Assembly: GCA_964016885.1 (NCBI GenBank)
Contig: OZ024740.1
Location: 369,024,001 to 369,088,000, forward strand
DNA: 64,000 bases
Direction: 5' to 3'
DNA from: Eledone cirrhosa
Taxonomy: Eukaryota
Under the pieces are notes generated by a model. The model made no database searches. It worked only from the letters and a program-made list of their open reading frames with translations, and had not been told where the DNA came from. The translations under genes were made by a program, and so were the position numbers. How positions within the stretch are numbered: position 1 is the first letter of the stretch; every line of letters starts with the position of its first letter. Positions 12,699 to 26,502 of this stretch are shown here, piece after piece.

Positions 12699-13399
12699 GG
12701 GGGGGGCGTGTATGTGTGCGTGTATGTGCGTGTGTGTGTGTGTGAGTGCGTGTGCGTGTGTGTATATATGTGTGTGTGTGTGTATTTGTGAATCTGTCCT
12801 CATTAAAACAACGCTAATATGAGAGACTAGATGAAAATAAAAACTAATCCTAGACGTTTCATCATGTTTGCTTACGTAGCTTTTAGTATCTGGCAACGAA
12901 CTGAAGCAAAAGTGAAAAATTAATTTTGTGTATTTTGTAAAGAAAACCTGATCTCTAACGCACAAGTAATTACACATACATTGTCTGTAGTTTTAATGTT
13001 TATGTCATATAGGCGTCACTATGTGATATTTTCATTTGTGTTTAATAAAATCATTAATCGCAAAACGAACATGAAACACGAGGATGCATTGATAAATTTA
13101 AATATCCACATATGGACGTGTATTGTCTAATGTTTAGAGAAACGATCAACTGTATACAAATATTAGCTCCCCTGCCTCATAAATCTCTTTTATCTATGTG
13201 ATATACTATTTAAATAAATAGATTTGACCTATATCAAGTTAATGGTTCCACCTGTTTGGAATTGTAAATTATTGAAATCAAGAAATTCCAAGTTTATTTA
13301 AATCTTGTCATTTTTCTTCTCTAACTTAATGAATGAAATCTCATTTATTCCTCAGTTTATCAGTTTGTATTTAATTTCCATCAGCTTTTATTTTAATTT

Positions 13400-14360
13400 C
13401 TTTTCAGGTTATAAATTTTGCATAGGCGATACAATTCATATCATACACATTTAAGTGGGTGAGTTTTTAAACAAAATGGTAGCAAAGAAAAATGGCTAGC
13501 TGCCATATTTATTTCGATTTATATTTTTGAGCTTGTCATATTATTTTACCGCAATATTATGATCTCTTAAGGAAGATCAGTATTTTCTTGTCAACCTTCT
13601 TCCTTTTCTGTATCTTACATTATTTCCAGAGGTTACTTCACTTATTATTGATATACCCGCTCATTATTTTAATCTTATTTTATATTTTACTAACCCATTG
13701 CGGCTTGCTTCTTAACTTCGGCGTTTTTTTACGGGTGGGGGCTTACATCTTGTTTCAATTACCCGAGCAGGTGCCTAAATAATTTCTTTTAATTCAGAAT
13801 GTTCTCACGCTATTTCTTAATGATTTCGTTTGTTACATATTTACATATTTTTATTTGTTTGTTTGTTTATTTGGGGTTGTATTTGAAAATGTTTCAAGTA
13901 GTTCTCTATCATTCATATTCGTATGTCTTATAAATGGTAGTCCATTCAGAATTTTCTGATCCAATTCTATCATAGACACAATGTGTTCTTCAGCAAATTA
14001 TGTTTCTAGCCACGGATCCTGGGTGTTTTCATTAGATTCTTTAGAATTTCTTACTTCTTCAATTCTCTGCCTAATTTGGTCGTATGAAAACCCGTCAATA
14101 CATTCACGTGGCTGGCTACTCACTTAATCATATTTTTTCTTCTCCTTCAAGTCTTATATTTAGGTCATTTCCACTGCGTGTCTGATCGCAATAATTCCTT
14201 ATCTCTGAGTCAGGTATTTCTAACATATCCCTCCCAACATTTGCTATTCTGCTTTCTTCCAAATAAAGTCTGCTATCTTGAATTATTGTACTCCTTATTT
14301 CGTAAGAGTTGCAGTGTGTTTCAGTTGAGTTGGCTTTTTTTTTTGCCTATTAAGCGTATA
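13400..14360 (-). pseudogene. Highly degraded non-LTR retrotransposon ORF remnant (possibly R4/Dong-like)
   Basis: Minus-strand peptide KPQWVSKI*NKIKIM resembles the PxW..R/KL..KI..LR motif upstream of R4-type RTs; many stops. Confidence 0.3.
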
Positions 14361-14641
14361 TTACATCTTTATATTATTCCCGGAGAAGAGGCTGTACCAG
14401 TGAATAACTGATGTCGGGCATTTCCTTGGGGTCGGGGGGGGAGGGGGGTTCTTCCTGATTAACCATAGGACAAGCGATTTTATGTGCTATTTCAATTAAT
14501 CTTTTTCCCATAAAATATTTCTTGTTATTCGTTGGTTCAGACGTACATCTAGATTTGAATACCTCTGTGTGTAAAGCTATTTTTGTGAAGGAGCGCCCAA
14601 CACGAGTGGACAATAAAGAAACCATTATTCATTTTAATCCA

Positions 14642-14850
14642 GGGTGGTGGTTTGGCATGGTATTGGATTGGAAGTATCGGTGGAGGGTCGGACGCCATGC
14701 TTTGCAGTACAGAGTTACGACCCTTTACGTCCTGAGTTTAAATCCCGCCGAGGTTAACTCTGCCTGTCACCCTTAAGGGGTTGATAAAATAAAGTACCAG
14801 CAATGCACTGGGATAATTGCTGGCCTTGTGCCAAAAGTAGAAACAATTAT
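14642..14850 (+). mobile_element. tRNA-derived SINE, full length (Meta-domain family)
   Basis: A-box-like TGGAAGTATCGG, B-box-like GAGTTTAAATCCC, central cgccgaggttaactctgcc...gataaaataaagtaccag, tail gtagaaacaattatt. Confidence 0.85.
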
Positions 14851-15438
14851 TAGCTTTAATCCAGCTTCCACCAAATTAGTGGCTATACTGGTGTAGGTAG
14901 CAGTGCTAGTCGCTTCGAGTTCAAGGAGGAGCTGTCGTTTGTAATTGTTACTTCAGACAAATGCTTTTGAAGTAGTGGCTGTTGTGGTAATGGTGGCATG
15001 GATGTCAGTACGGCTGGTAATGCTGGTGATTTTAAAAATCAGTTTGTTAATGTTGAGGTTTGTTTCTTGATTGCTATTGCTTGTTTTGACCCGGTCAAGG
15101 TCAGAAACATTTGTCCAAATTAGATTGATGCCTCCTCTTACTTTGAAGTATCTATCAAATTTAGACAAGCTATTTTAAAAGAAATGGGGTTGATGCAATT
15201 TATGATATCAAAATTGTAAAAACAACTGTCAAACAATGTAAAACAATTATTAGCCCAATCAATTTACGAAAGTAATTGCCTTATCCAATGAATGGAATAA
15301 GATATGTGAACGAAACCTCTGAAATATGAACAAACATTGTGACAGAAATTCACAACGGACACACAACTTGGGTAGTCCGTCTCATTTCTCCTTCTTGTTC
15401 TTGTTCTTAATTTTTTTTTATTATCATTATTAAATTAA

Positions 15439-15660
15439 GGGGTGTTGAATTGGAAGTACCGGTGGAACGTCGAACAATATGCTTTGCGGTATTTAATTAC
15501 GACTTTCTTCATTCTGAATCCAAATACAGCCGAGGTCAAATTTACCATTCATCCTTCCATTGTAGATAAATTAAAGTCTCAGTCAGTACTGGGACAATAT
15601 ATTCGACTCCCCCCCCCCCCCCAAATTGCCGACCTTGTGCCAATAATAGAATGAATTATT
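15439..15660 (+). mobile_element. tRNA-derived SINE (variant with C-rich segment)
   Basis: Same head and central domain plus a cgactccccc...caaattgc segment. Confidence 0.8.
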
Positions 15661-16129
15661 TCTATTATTATCTTCATCAAATATCATACATTAATTATTC
15701 GTCTGTAATAGCTTCTGATTATTCGTAAAAATCTTTTTGATTCAGTAATTAAATCAGTGAAAATATTTAGTCTAGAGGCTGTTGTTTATAGGCTAGAAAT
15801 ATGTACGCAATGGAAAAGATCAATATTATTCAATGGCTAATATTATTTTAATTATATTTGCACGTAAGGTTGAAACCTCTGGGCATATTTGAAATCAGTA
15901 AGACTTCACCTACACATTGAATAATAATTATTGTTCAGCAATTATTCATGGTCAAGTATTTATTGTGGTTTCTTTAATCCTCGCCTCTATAGATATATTA
16001 GCACTAACTTACATATTATCAATCGCGTGATGCATCTATGTAATTACTAATGTACGCAAATACAATAGTATACGTCAAATTCTAGTTCTTAGTTTATCCA
16101 CAATTGAAAACATTGTGCAGGTCATCAAT

Positions 16130-16560
16130 CTTACATCCTGATGTCGACGGTGCAACAGACTTGCTGCACACATCCTCATCCAAATTATCCATACGGATTA
16201 TATGAAGCTTCTGACTGTAGCCAAGAGTTATACATAATTCTAACTCCATAGGTCACTTTCATTTAGCCATAGCCATCCAGATCCTGCTCCCACCACGTTG
16301 TTTTTGATGTTTCTCAATCTGCCAGCTCCTGATGCCCAGGACTCCGTCGGCTTTTATAAAAGAATATGTTTTAACCCGTTTACTGTGAAACTCCACTGTC
16401 ATATCTCGTGTCTTTTACCCGTTCTTGCGGCAGTCCACCGCTAACTCCTAGTCTAATCCTAACACATTATTGCCTGTTCAATCCTCTTCTCACAAACAGC
16501 AGTCAGCACTGCCTTGTCACATCAGAAACTAATATGATGTCTCGGATATGCATGAACAGT
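16130..16560 (-). mobile_element. Degraded LINE 3' fragment (probably RTE)
   Basis: Minus-strand remnant resembling GRPKTTW..DL near the RTE C-terminus; heavily mutated. Confidence 0.3.
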
Positions 16561-17454
16561 GATATATGACGGAAATTTCTGTCACATTTACAGCTCTAAT
16601 AACTTAATCACGTGCTATGGCAAGCAAGCCGACCGAGCAGATTTGGGGTATTATCTTCAAACATTCACCTTCCCTGATAAACATGATCTTCCTAGATGTA
16701 GCATATATTTAGTATATTTAATTTGCGGTTTTTCCATCATAACATTAGCAACTTTCGTGAAGTGTGTGCTTTGGTGGTTAAATAATAATAGGAGAAAATC
16801 TGGCTCGTATTTACTGAAATAATTAAAATACTATTGGGAGATACTAGGTTTTTCTCGGCGTAGACTTATATAGTTTGCCTCACTACAGATATATGCTGGA
16901 TCTAAATAAACCATTATTTTAATACGAATGCTTTTTCTCGCTGATTCATTCTCGTTGATATATTTTCCCTAATAAATTATGAAAGAAATAATATAATAGT
17001 TTTTATTTGTATTTCTTTTTTATAATTAGTAGAAATATGTTTCTATACTTGGCCCACCTATTTAACAATGTGGGAAAATCTATGGCAAATGGTGGTAATT
17101 GTCTAAACCAATGCACTTGATTTTATGGATCGACATTATTTTCAGTATTCTAACAGTTGTGTGCTTTTAGCTTATGAAAAGCTGTAAATGTCAGAATATG
17201 AATAGTGTTATAAGCTGGATTTATTATCAATCAATTAACGATGAAATGTCAATGTTTATTTTCTTTAGTATTGTATATTGCAGTTGATGTTGCAGCTTAA
17301 AATGGCAAATGATGTGAGTGTGTGCCCGTGATCTTGTTGCTGTCACTATTACTCTTACCTTTCCAGTTCACACTACACTCAATGTTTACATTCGAGAACA
17401 AACATATGCGACAAGAAATTGAAACAAATTCAAAGGAAGAAGAAAACCACAAAT

Positions 17455-17676
17455 AATAAATATTGATTTCTACTATAGGCATACGGCCAGCAATTTGGGG
17501 TTGGGTGGGAAAGTCGTTTAAATCGAACCCAGTGCATTACTGGCACTTCATTTTATCGACCCGGTCGGATGAAAGGAAAAGCTAACCTTGGTGGGATTTG
17601 AACTGAAAATGTAAAGGGCCATACCTCTATACCATAAAACGTTTTTCAACGCTATACCGATACAGACAATCACCCA
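17455..17676 (-). mobile_element. tRNA-derived SINE
   Basis: Reverse complement of the family consensus. Confidence 0.8.
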
Positions 17677-17728
17677 CACTTAATAATAATAATAATAATA
17701 ATAATAGTAATAATAATAATAATAATAA

Positions 17729-18115
17729 GACCTGACCTGGTGGTTGTGGACAAAGAAAAAAGATCGTGCCTGATTGTGGATGTGGCCTGCCCATTCGACA
17801 CGAGAGTGCAAGAGAAGGAGAGGGAAAAAATTAACCGATACCAGGACTTAAAGTGGGAGGTAAAAAGAATTTGGAACTGCCATGAAATCAAAGCGATCCC
17901 GATTGTCATAGGCGCACTAGGGACTATCTCAAAAAGTTTCCGGGGATGGTTAAAAAAAATTGGCCCCTTCACGCTTTTTGGAACGCTTCAAAAGGCATGC
18001 TTGCTGGGAACAGCAAGAACCCTCCGATACGTCCTGATATCTGAGGCTGCAGGTAGTGGCTTAATATTCATTTCAACAAACTTTCCAGTTAACTAACTGA
18101 GACTGAAAGAACAAT
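17729..18115 (+). mobile_element. R4/Dong-clade non-LTR retrotransposon, 5'-truncated (RLE domain + 3' UTR), in (TAA)n
   Basis: RPD..VVDKEKRSCLIVDVACPFD...EKINRYQDL...IPIVIGALG = PD-(D/E)xK restriction-like endonuclease; (TAA)n on both sides. Confidence 0.9.
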
Positions 18116-18135
18116 AAAAATAATAATAATAATAA

Positions 18136-19889
18136 TGATTTATTTATTGGCCACAAGGGCTGACATCAATAAAGACAATACAGACGGCACAGGACGGTAC
18201 AGGACGGAACGATGTGGGTTTTGTGCGTGTAAATATGTTTATTATTTATATAAGAAAAGCCAGGGATTTTTTGAAGTTATCCATAGGCCCTGGGCTGAAA
18301 GTTCTCCGGAAGAGAGCAAACAGCAGATATTCTTCGACGCCCAGGATCTCTCCGAGAATGTTGTCGCTCTTCCCTTCCACTAGTCCTCTATAGAACGCCG
18401 ATGTGAATGTTCTACCGATACCGGTGCCCAGCTGACAGAGAGCAGTGAACGCCTGGAGACATTCTAGTTTCGAAGCGCTATCCCTCGATCTTTTTCTGAC
18501 CCAGGACAGCAACTCCGTCAAGGAGACGAGCTGTGAGAAAACGTGCCTGGCGAACGGCGACCACACCTGTTAACCGTCAAGGAAGCACCAGAGTTGTAGC
18601 AGTCTCATCGCATGTTTACGCATCATCAGTCATGGCATGTCCAGTCCTCCACGCAACGGGTGTTGATAGCAGATTGATCGTCTGACCATGGAACCACGTC
18701 CCTTCCACAAAAAGCGGAAGAGGAGGCACTCCATTTTGGTGAGAGTTGGGCTGGGGCAAGGGACGACGGTGAGGTAGTTCCAGATGACGGATGCGATGTA
18801 CGCATTTGCCACCTCCACCAGGCCTTTCAGGGACAGCTTCCTCTCAGCCCATTTCTGGGAGAGGGAGGACACCTTGCTCGTCACCTCGTTCCAGTTTTTC
18901 TCCATCTGGAGGTCCGGACCGAATCAGACCCCGAGCAATTTAACCAATCCGTCCGTCCAACGCCCCACGACGCTGTGGGACAGCATGGACCTGCCTCTCC
19001 AGGTGCTGAGGTGCAAGCCCACCGACCTTTCCTGGTTTATCTTTGCTCCTGTCACCGCTTCGTATTCCTTGGGAGCGGGGCCTAGCATCTGGACGTGGCT
19101 GGTACCCGACACAACGACGGTGATGTCGGCGTAAGCCGACTCGGATTTCCCGCATCCCTGCTCGCGTGGGACGCCCCTTATCGCCCCCAGTTTTTGCAGT
19201 ATCGGCTCGAGAGCCAATACGTATAAGAGGGACGAGAGGGGACAAACCGAGCGCATGATGCTGAAAAGGTGACCGTTCCCTCTCACAACTGAGCAGATGT
19301 CGCTGTACATCGCATCGATCCAACCCCTAAACGGGCCCGAAACCGGCTGTCTCGAGGACCACCACCGGGTACTGATGGTCGGCCATATCGAATGCTTTGG
19401 ATTGATCCAATTTGATCAGGGCCCCACCCGTGCCAGGTTCCTTAACCACGCTCTCTATGATGTATCGATGCATGAGATGGAGGTTGTCGTGTATGGATCT
19501 GTCCGGAATAGCGCATGTATGCCCCTCTCCCACCAGACCCTTGACGACAAGCGCCAACCTCGTTGCTAAAACCTTGGCCAAAATCTTGAACTCTGCGTTT
19601 AGCAGGGTTATGGGCCTGAAATTATCGATAACATCCCCATTGTTCGGGTCTTTTCTCAGCAGCGCCACTGCTCCTCGGCTCACAAAACTGGGAATGCTCC
19701 CGTTCTGCTGCCAGTTGCAGTAGACGTCTGCCAAGAGGTCACCGAACAAGTCTGGCATAAATGCCTAAAGCTCGTAGGGCAGACCATCCAAATCTGGCGA
19801 TTTACCCCTCGTGCAGTTAGCCATCGCTTCCCGTATTTCACATGTTGTTATTGGCTTTTCGCAACACTGTGCTGTGGTTGTCGAGAGGC
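18136..19889 (-). mobile_element. Tx1/L1-clade LINE, truncated and internally deleted (RT region)
   Basis: NFRPITLLNAEFKILAKVLA, LDQSKAFD and YADIT motifs; 3' UTR homologous to 26380-26465; (ATT)n tail. Confidence 0.92.
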
Positions 19890-21137
19890 GAGAAGAAGAA
19901 GAAGAAGAAGAAGAAGAAGAAGAACGAAAAAAAATAGGAAGAAAGAAATAATAGAGACTGAAGCATTCTTGATGTCAGTCCACGACCATACTTTGAATGT
20001 GATGTCGGTGGGTGGCACATATACTCTCTCTCACACACACATATACAGGAGGTGCGCATTCAGGCAAGCAGGACGTGCTGGTTTAATGTCCACATTTATT
20101 ACTCCTCATTTTCACGTTGCAGTCGGTCATCATCTTTAATAGAATCAGCATTGATTTTAAAGCACGCGATGTACATTCTATCAACCTCTTCCACCACTGA
20201 TATAGCTAATCCAATCATCGCGATAATCATACGGATCATGCTTATCATCATATTCATCACCAACATTAAAGATATCTTTATCATTATGTATATGACGACG
20301 GCGATGAAGATGATCATGATCATCATCCAGAAGATCTATCAACATTCTCAACAATTTTAGAACTATTATATTAGCGATATTTCAACTTTTACATGACCCT
20401 TAACACAGCCTCTAGTAGATTTCTTGTAACTGCTTAATCAAGGATCCCTGTCAGTATTAGAAACATTTCGTAAATTGGCCAATGACGAATGAAATATGTT
20501 GTATATCATACTCTTTTCTGGATGACAAGCATTTCAAATCGTATATGGATTGGCTGTTGCTAGTAATGTTACTTTGTACTACAGGTTAAGCAATGAACAA
20601 GCATATCTTTGACGAAAAGCATTCTCTTGTGAACGCTCCATTATCCTACATGACATGGTCTGCATATCCTATGCATTTTTATTTAGGACGGGTGAGATAT
20701 ATTTGAAAGAAATTCAGATTCTTTCTCTAACAGATCGAAATTCGACATAGGTATTGGCTGGAATACGTGTCGTCGTTGGAGATGTTTTAATTTTTATTTT
20801 AGTCATTTGTGCTCTGTTCATTCTTTTCAATATGTACCGAATTCGAAAGACACAAAACTGACGGCGCATTTGACAGGCTGCTAGTAAATCAACATGGCCA
20901 GGAAATATAATAACGCGCACTACAGTAATCGATTTCAAATATGCCGAAGGAACAATGAAAACTATTTATACAAACTCTAGAATAGCCTAGACACACAGAC
21001 ACAGCGACACAAGAAACGTACATAAACACACAAAAACAACTCTCTTCTCCGCCATCTCTATCTCCATGCATGTATATATATGCGTGAAACTAATACCATA
21101 TATATATATATATATATATACATATACTATAGAGTGC

Positions 21138-21231
21138 CGGGACTTGACGGCTGAGCTCTTACCGTTTTAACAGCTAGTTGCAGACTCTGGAAGTAGGCGT
21201 TGAAACGCAAGAGCTCAGTTACCGTGTCCCG
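21138..21231. repeat. Imperfect fold-back element next to (TA)n
   Basis: cgggac..gacggctgagctcttaccgttttaacagcta pairs with taggcgttgaaacgcaagagctcagttaccgtgtcccg. Confidence 0.7.
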
Positions 21232-21562
21232 ACTTTTTTATAATATAACCATACTACACTACCCCAAGTAACGAGCACTCTTCAGTATTAATCTAAACAG
21301 TTTCAAACTGATTTCATCCTGATGTGTGTGTATATATATATAAATATATACATCAGGATATATATATAAACAGAATAAATGGAGGAGATGGCAATACGTT
21401 TAGAACCACACTTTACGTCTTATACTGTGTTTCATCTATACAATAACGAATAACAGTTACACATATTTGGTTTTGTGCGTGTACACATGCATGCATTGCT
21501 GTTCATGATATTAGTATAGAATCTCAACTGAGACGGAAATAATACTAATATAATAATAAATT

Positions 21563-21598
<36 letters not shown>

Positions 21599-21918
21599 TA
21601 TTATGACCATTATTATTATCCAGAAATTCTCAATACAGTCGCATGCTACCTACGTTCTTAAAGCATATTCGAACATAGGTTTTAGAGATTGTATACTTGT
21701 TAGTGTTGATTACCATTCAAGCAATAACAAAATGGCCGACCATATTTATATTATATTGCGTCAACTGAAAAGGAAATAATATTAATATAATAATAAATGT
21801 GTTTTTCTTTTTGTTACTGTGAGGCAACAGCTCCTGTGTCTCTAAATGTGTATATTTTAATGTAATCAAGGTTGTAATTTCTGAAATGTCTATATATTGC
21901 ATTTGTACGTGCTTGTGT

Positions 21919-21960
21919 TACTAGAGTAGTCCATGTAAAAGTACATGGACTACTCTAGTA
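21919..21960. repeat. Perfect hairpin, 19-bp arms, 4-nt spacer
   Basis: tactagagtagtccatgta-aaag-tacatggactactctagta. Confidence 0.9.
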
Positions 21961-22419
21961 AATGTTTATTATTATTAAGACCTGAAATATTGTTAAATAT
22001 GTGATGTTATATGTGGCCATCTTCTAAATTATTCATTAGTGTTCAGATATTTATCGGAGGATTTCAGATCCTGTAATAACCTCAAGGTTTCACTTAAACA
22101 AAGTGAACGTCTCTATGTTGCTTTATAATAAAGGCATGACTTATACAGGATGTTCAATTTAATCATGTATGATACACCTTTATCTTCCTGTTCCTATACA
22201 CAATGTGATAATTGTGTGGCTGTTATCACTACCTAGTGACTAAAGAAAGTGATAGGTGAATATTACCATTATTTAAACCGGTCATGTATCAAGCCTACAT
22301 ATCGTCCACTGTTCGTTGTATGATTTGGGGTAACTGGTGTGATGGTACATCTTTGTTGCAAAGGGCATTTATCAACAATATTATTATTATTAATATTATT
22401 ATTATTTTTTTTTTTTTTT

Positions 22420-22719
22420 TTGTTTCATTATTGTTTCTGAGATATATGCCGAGTGTCTTCCTGACACCAATGGCAAATAAATTCACAGTGTGCATTGGTA
22501 AGCCAGTTAATACATCACATTGATTATAATTTTAACAAAACAAAAACAACAGTATACATATATACACATGTGCATATGCATATGCAAATACAAGGAGGGA
22601 TATCAATCTTACAGAGATAGTGCTCTTCTCAATACGTGTGCAGTACCAGTCAAAACAATTTGTTTACACCTTGTGCAGAGAGGGTAAACCAGGAATCATT
22701 CGCAAATATTGTTGCATTC
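22420..22719 (-). mobile_element. R4/Dong 3'-end fragment
   Basis: Homologous to 35010-35297; preceded by (ATT)n. Confidence 0.75.
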
Positions 22720-25700
22720 CTCCCACAATCACAGAAAAAAACTACTACACCCCACCAACACCAAAAACTCTCCCGACAAAGATAAGCATCATTGAAATCT
22801 CATTAGAACATTAGAAACTTTTGAAGCAAACATTCCCAACACAGTTGGAGACTTCACAGGGTCGGATACCAAGAGGATATACACAGACATCCTCTTGGAA
22901 ACACCAATGACCAGCCAAAGGGACGGTTTTACTGTCCCTTCACCACACAATTAAGTTAAGTGATCCTTTCTCACTTACCCCGTTCCTCATCCAACATGGC
23001 CGTACTTAGAATAGGCAGTATAAATGTACGTGGCCTGGGGTCATCTTGGAAGCAGGGTCACCTGCTCAACGACCTCAGGTCACTAAACATAGATGTGGTT
23101 GCCATCAGCGAGACCAGAATCTGCGAAGCACGAGCCTTTGCACCGATCTTCGGCGGCTACGATGTATACGTATCTTCCAGCCTTCCAGGATCGGTGGGGG
23201 GAGGGGTTGCTGTGCTTTTTCGGAGAGGATATGATCTCGCCATACGGGCCATCTTCCTGGGCTCAGAAGTAAGTTGGTGGAGCTGGACGTGACCGGCAGC
23301 GAAGGCAATGCTTTCAGGCTAGCAGCCGCCTACAGGGGCAGGACGGCCAGATTTCTTCAGACGTCTAGAGACCTTTCTTGGAACGTCTCGCTCTATAGTG
23401 TTAGTGGGCGACTGGAACGGTATCTTAGATGCACGCTGGGATTGTCTGGGGCTATGAGGGTGTAAAAGCCTCAACAACCTGCTCAGACGTTTTAAACTGT
23501 CTGACAGATATGGACTGGATTATCCGAATGTGCCAATGTGGACATGGGCAAACCGCATCGGGTCATCCAGATCGTATTTAGGTATGGTATTCTGTAGGGA
23601 AACAGATAAGGCTAGTGAAGGTTGTACACAATTTAAAGTAGGCGACTACACAGACCACAAATTTGTGATCTGTGAAGTTGACTTAGATAGACTGCATAGG
23701 CAAGGTCCCGGCTAATGAAAGTTGAACGTGTCGTTCCCGGCACGCAAAGCTTTCAGAAACCGGATTAGCAAATTAGTTAAGCGTTCGTTGACGGGTGCGA
23801 TCGTCAACAACAGGTGGTGGTTTACCCTGAAAAGGGCTATTAGAGTAGAATCGATAAGGTTTAGTGATAGAGGAAAATAGAGTAGAGGGAAAGTTAGTTA
23901 GAAAGCTAGAAGAGGCGTTTAGGACAGGCATCCGACGTGCTTGCGGCGAGATTGGCACTTGACCAATTCTTCAACGCAAAGCAAGAAGGCTGCGTTGTCA
24001 GAGCTAGAGCGTGTGCTCTAAGAGACGAGGGGACGAAAGCCGTTCAATGGGCCCAGGTGGTGGAGGCGCGACGTGGCAAGAAACCACAATTCGGTCTTTG
24101 ACTGGTCCAAACAGGCGCATGTTGCTCAAACCCGAGCAGGTGTGTGCGGCTTTTCAACAGCACTTTGCTTATTTGTTCGGGAGCGGCGGCGGGCCGGATC
24201 GGAGTATGGACTTCGGTGATAACTTCGACGGACTGCGGCGGCTCTCGACGACCGCAGTGCAGTGCTGCGAAAAGCCGATAAGAGCAGGTGAAATACGGGG
24301 TGCGATGTCTGACTGCACGAGGGTTAATCGCCAGGTTTGGATGGTCCGCCCTACGAGCTTTATGCGTATATGCCAGACTTGTTCGGCAACCTCTTGGCAG
24401 TTGTCTACTGCAACTGGCAGCAGAACGGGAGCATTCCGAGTTTAGTGAGCCGGCAAGCGGTGGCGCCGCTGAGAAAAAACCCCAATAAGTGGGACGTTAT
24501 AGACAGCTTCAGGCCCATAAATATGCTAAAAGCAGCGTTTAAGATTTTGACAAAGGTGTTAGCAAAGAGATTGGCGCTTGTCGTCGGTGAGCTAATGGGA
24601 GAGGCGCAGACATGCGCCATTCCGGACAGATACATCCACGACAACCTCCATCTCATGCGATACAACATAGAGAGGGTGGTTAAGTAACTTGATCAGCTTG
24701 GATCAATCTAAGGCATTTGATAGGGTCGACCATCGGTACCTGGCAGCTGTCCTCGACCCGGCCGGCTTTGGGGGGTTTTTAGAGGGCTGGATCGCTGCGA
24801 TGCACAGCGACATCTGCTCAATTGTGAGGGTGAATGGTCACATGTAATAGCCTTTCAGCATCATGCGTTCAGTCCTACAGGGTTGCCCCCTGTGGTCCCT
24901 CTTGTACGTACTGGCCCTAGAGCCGTTGCTACACAAATTAGAGACGATGAAGGGAGTCCCACGCGAACTGGGATGCGGGTTATCCGTGTTAATTTATGCC
25001 GTCCGACAGCGTCCATGCCGTCCGACAGAGTCGTGGGGCACTGGACGGAAGGACCGGTTAAATTGCTCGGGGTCTGGTTCGATGCTGACCTCCAAATGGA
25101 GAAAAACTGGAGCAAGGGGACGAGCAGGGTGGCCTCTCTCATCCCGAAATGCGCCGAGAGGAGGCTGTCTCTGAAAGATCGGACGGAGGTGGCAATTGCG
25201 TACATAACGTCCGTCATCTGCTAACACCTGGCCATCGTACCTGGCCCCCGCCTCACTCTGACCAAAATGGAGCGTCTTCTTTTCCGCTTTTTGTGGAAGG
25301 GACGTGCTCCTATGGTCAGACGATCCATTTGCTGTCAACACCCGTTGCGTGGAGGACTATGCATGCCGTGACTGATGATGCGCAAAAATGCGCTGAGGCT
25401 GCGACATCTCTGGTGCTTCCATGACGGTGAACAGGTGTGGTCGCCGTTTGCCAGACGCGCTTTTCCCCAGCTCGTCTCTTTGACGGAGTTGCAGTCCTGG
25501 ATCAGGAAAAGAATAAGGGATAGTTCTTGGAAGCTGGAATGTCTCCAAGCGCTCACCGCCCACTACCGGCTGGGCACTAGTATCGGTGGAACATCCACCT
25601 CGGCGTTCTATAGAGGACTAGTGGAGGGAAAGAATGACGACGTTCTCGGGGTGACCCTGGGCGTCGACGACGATCAGCTGTTCGCTCTCTTCAAGAGAAC

Positions 25701-26467
25701 TTTCAGACCGGGGCCTATGGACAACTTCCAGAAATCCCTGTCCTGGCAGTGCTACCGGGGAGCGTCGCCGGTTCGGGATAAGCTCTATAGGCACGGAGGT
25801 GCTGTCAGCCGAGCCTGTCCGAGATGCGCGCAGTGCGACGAAACCGTCCTGCACGCACTCGTTCAGTGCCCGAGGATTGCTGACTGGTGAAGCTAAGTCG
25901 AACAGCTGCTTTAGCGTCCATTGTGCAGATTGCCCCGCCTTCTTCCTTTAAAAAGGAGGAAGTGCAGGCAGCTTTCATCTGCCTGGTCGCCATGGCGAAA
26001 GAGATGGTGTGGTGGACAAGATTGAAAGGGTTGAAGACGGACATTATCCTCTCCGGTCAATCCCTGATTAAGTTTTTCAAGTTTCACTTGAAGAGGAAAA
26101 TCAGGGTGGTGAGGCAAATGCTGTCTTCTAGTAAGTTTGTTGAAAGCTGGGTGAAAGTGGCGAGTCTGGTCCGAGTGTCGGGCCCGCTCAGAGTATACGC
26201 CTGTAGCCTGAGGAGGGGAAAAATGAGAGAGGGCGCTTGCCCTGGTGGTTAGGGTGGCCGTGGACTTTTGTGTCGTTTTCACCACGAGTGACCCAGAGAG
26301 GTTTACCCCTCCTTGGGGAATGTTTGTTGTTTGAACCTTTTTGGATTTCTAGCCCGATTTTATTATAACCTGTATACACGACCAAACCCACTTTGTATCG
26401 TCCTGTACTGTTCTGTGCCGTATGTAATGTTTTTCTTCGTGTCAGCCCTTGTGGCCAATAAAAAAAC
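22720..26467 (+). mobile_element. Tx1/L1-clade LINE, 5'-truncated (end of ORF1 + disrupted ORF2)
   Basis: APE start (LRIGSINVRGL...DVVAISETR), RT motifs (FRPINML, QGCPL), C-terminal CPRCAQCDETVLHALVQC knuckle; AATAAA then (ATT)n; many stops and frameshifts. Confidence 0.95.
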
Positions 26468-26502
26468 CATTATTATTATTATTATTATTATTATTGTCAT
26501 TA

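Noticed and set aside
20181-20345. 54-aa Asp/His-rich minus-strand ORF (MLIDLLDDDHDHLHRRRH...) as a possible host exon or metal-binding peptide
   Set aside because: The region is a decayed (GAT)n/(ATC)n repeat that is open in several frames; no splice or homology support visible.
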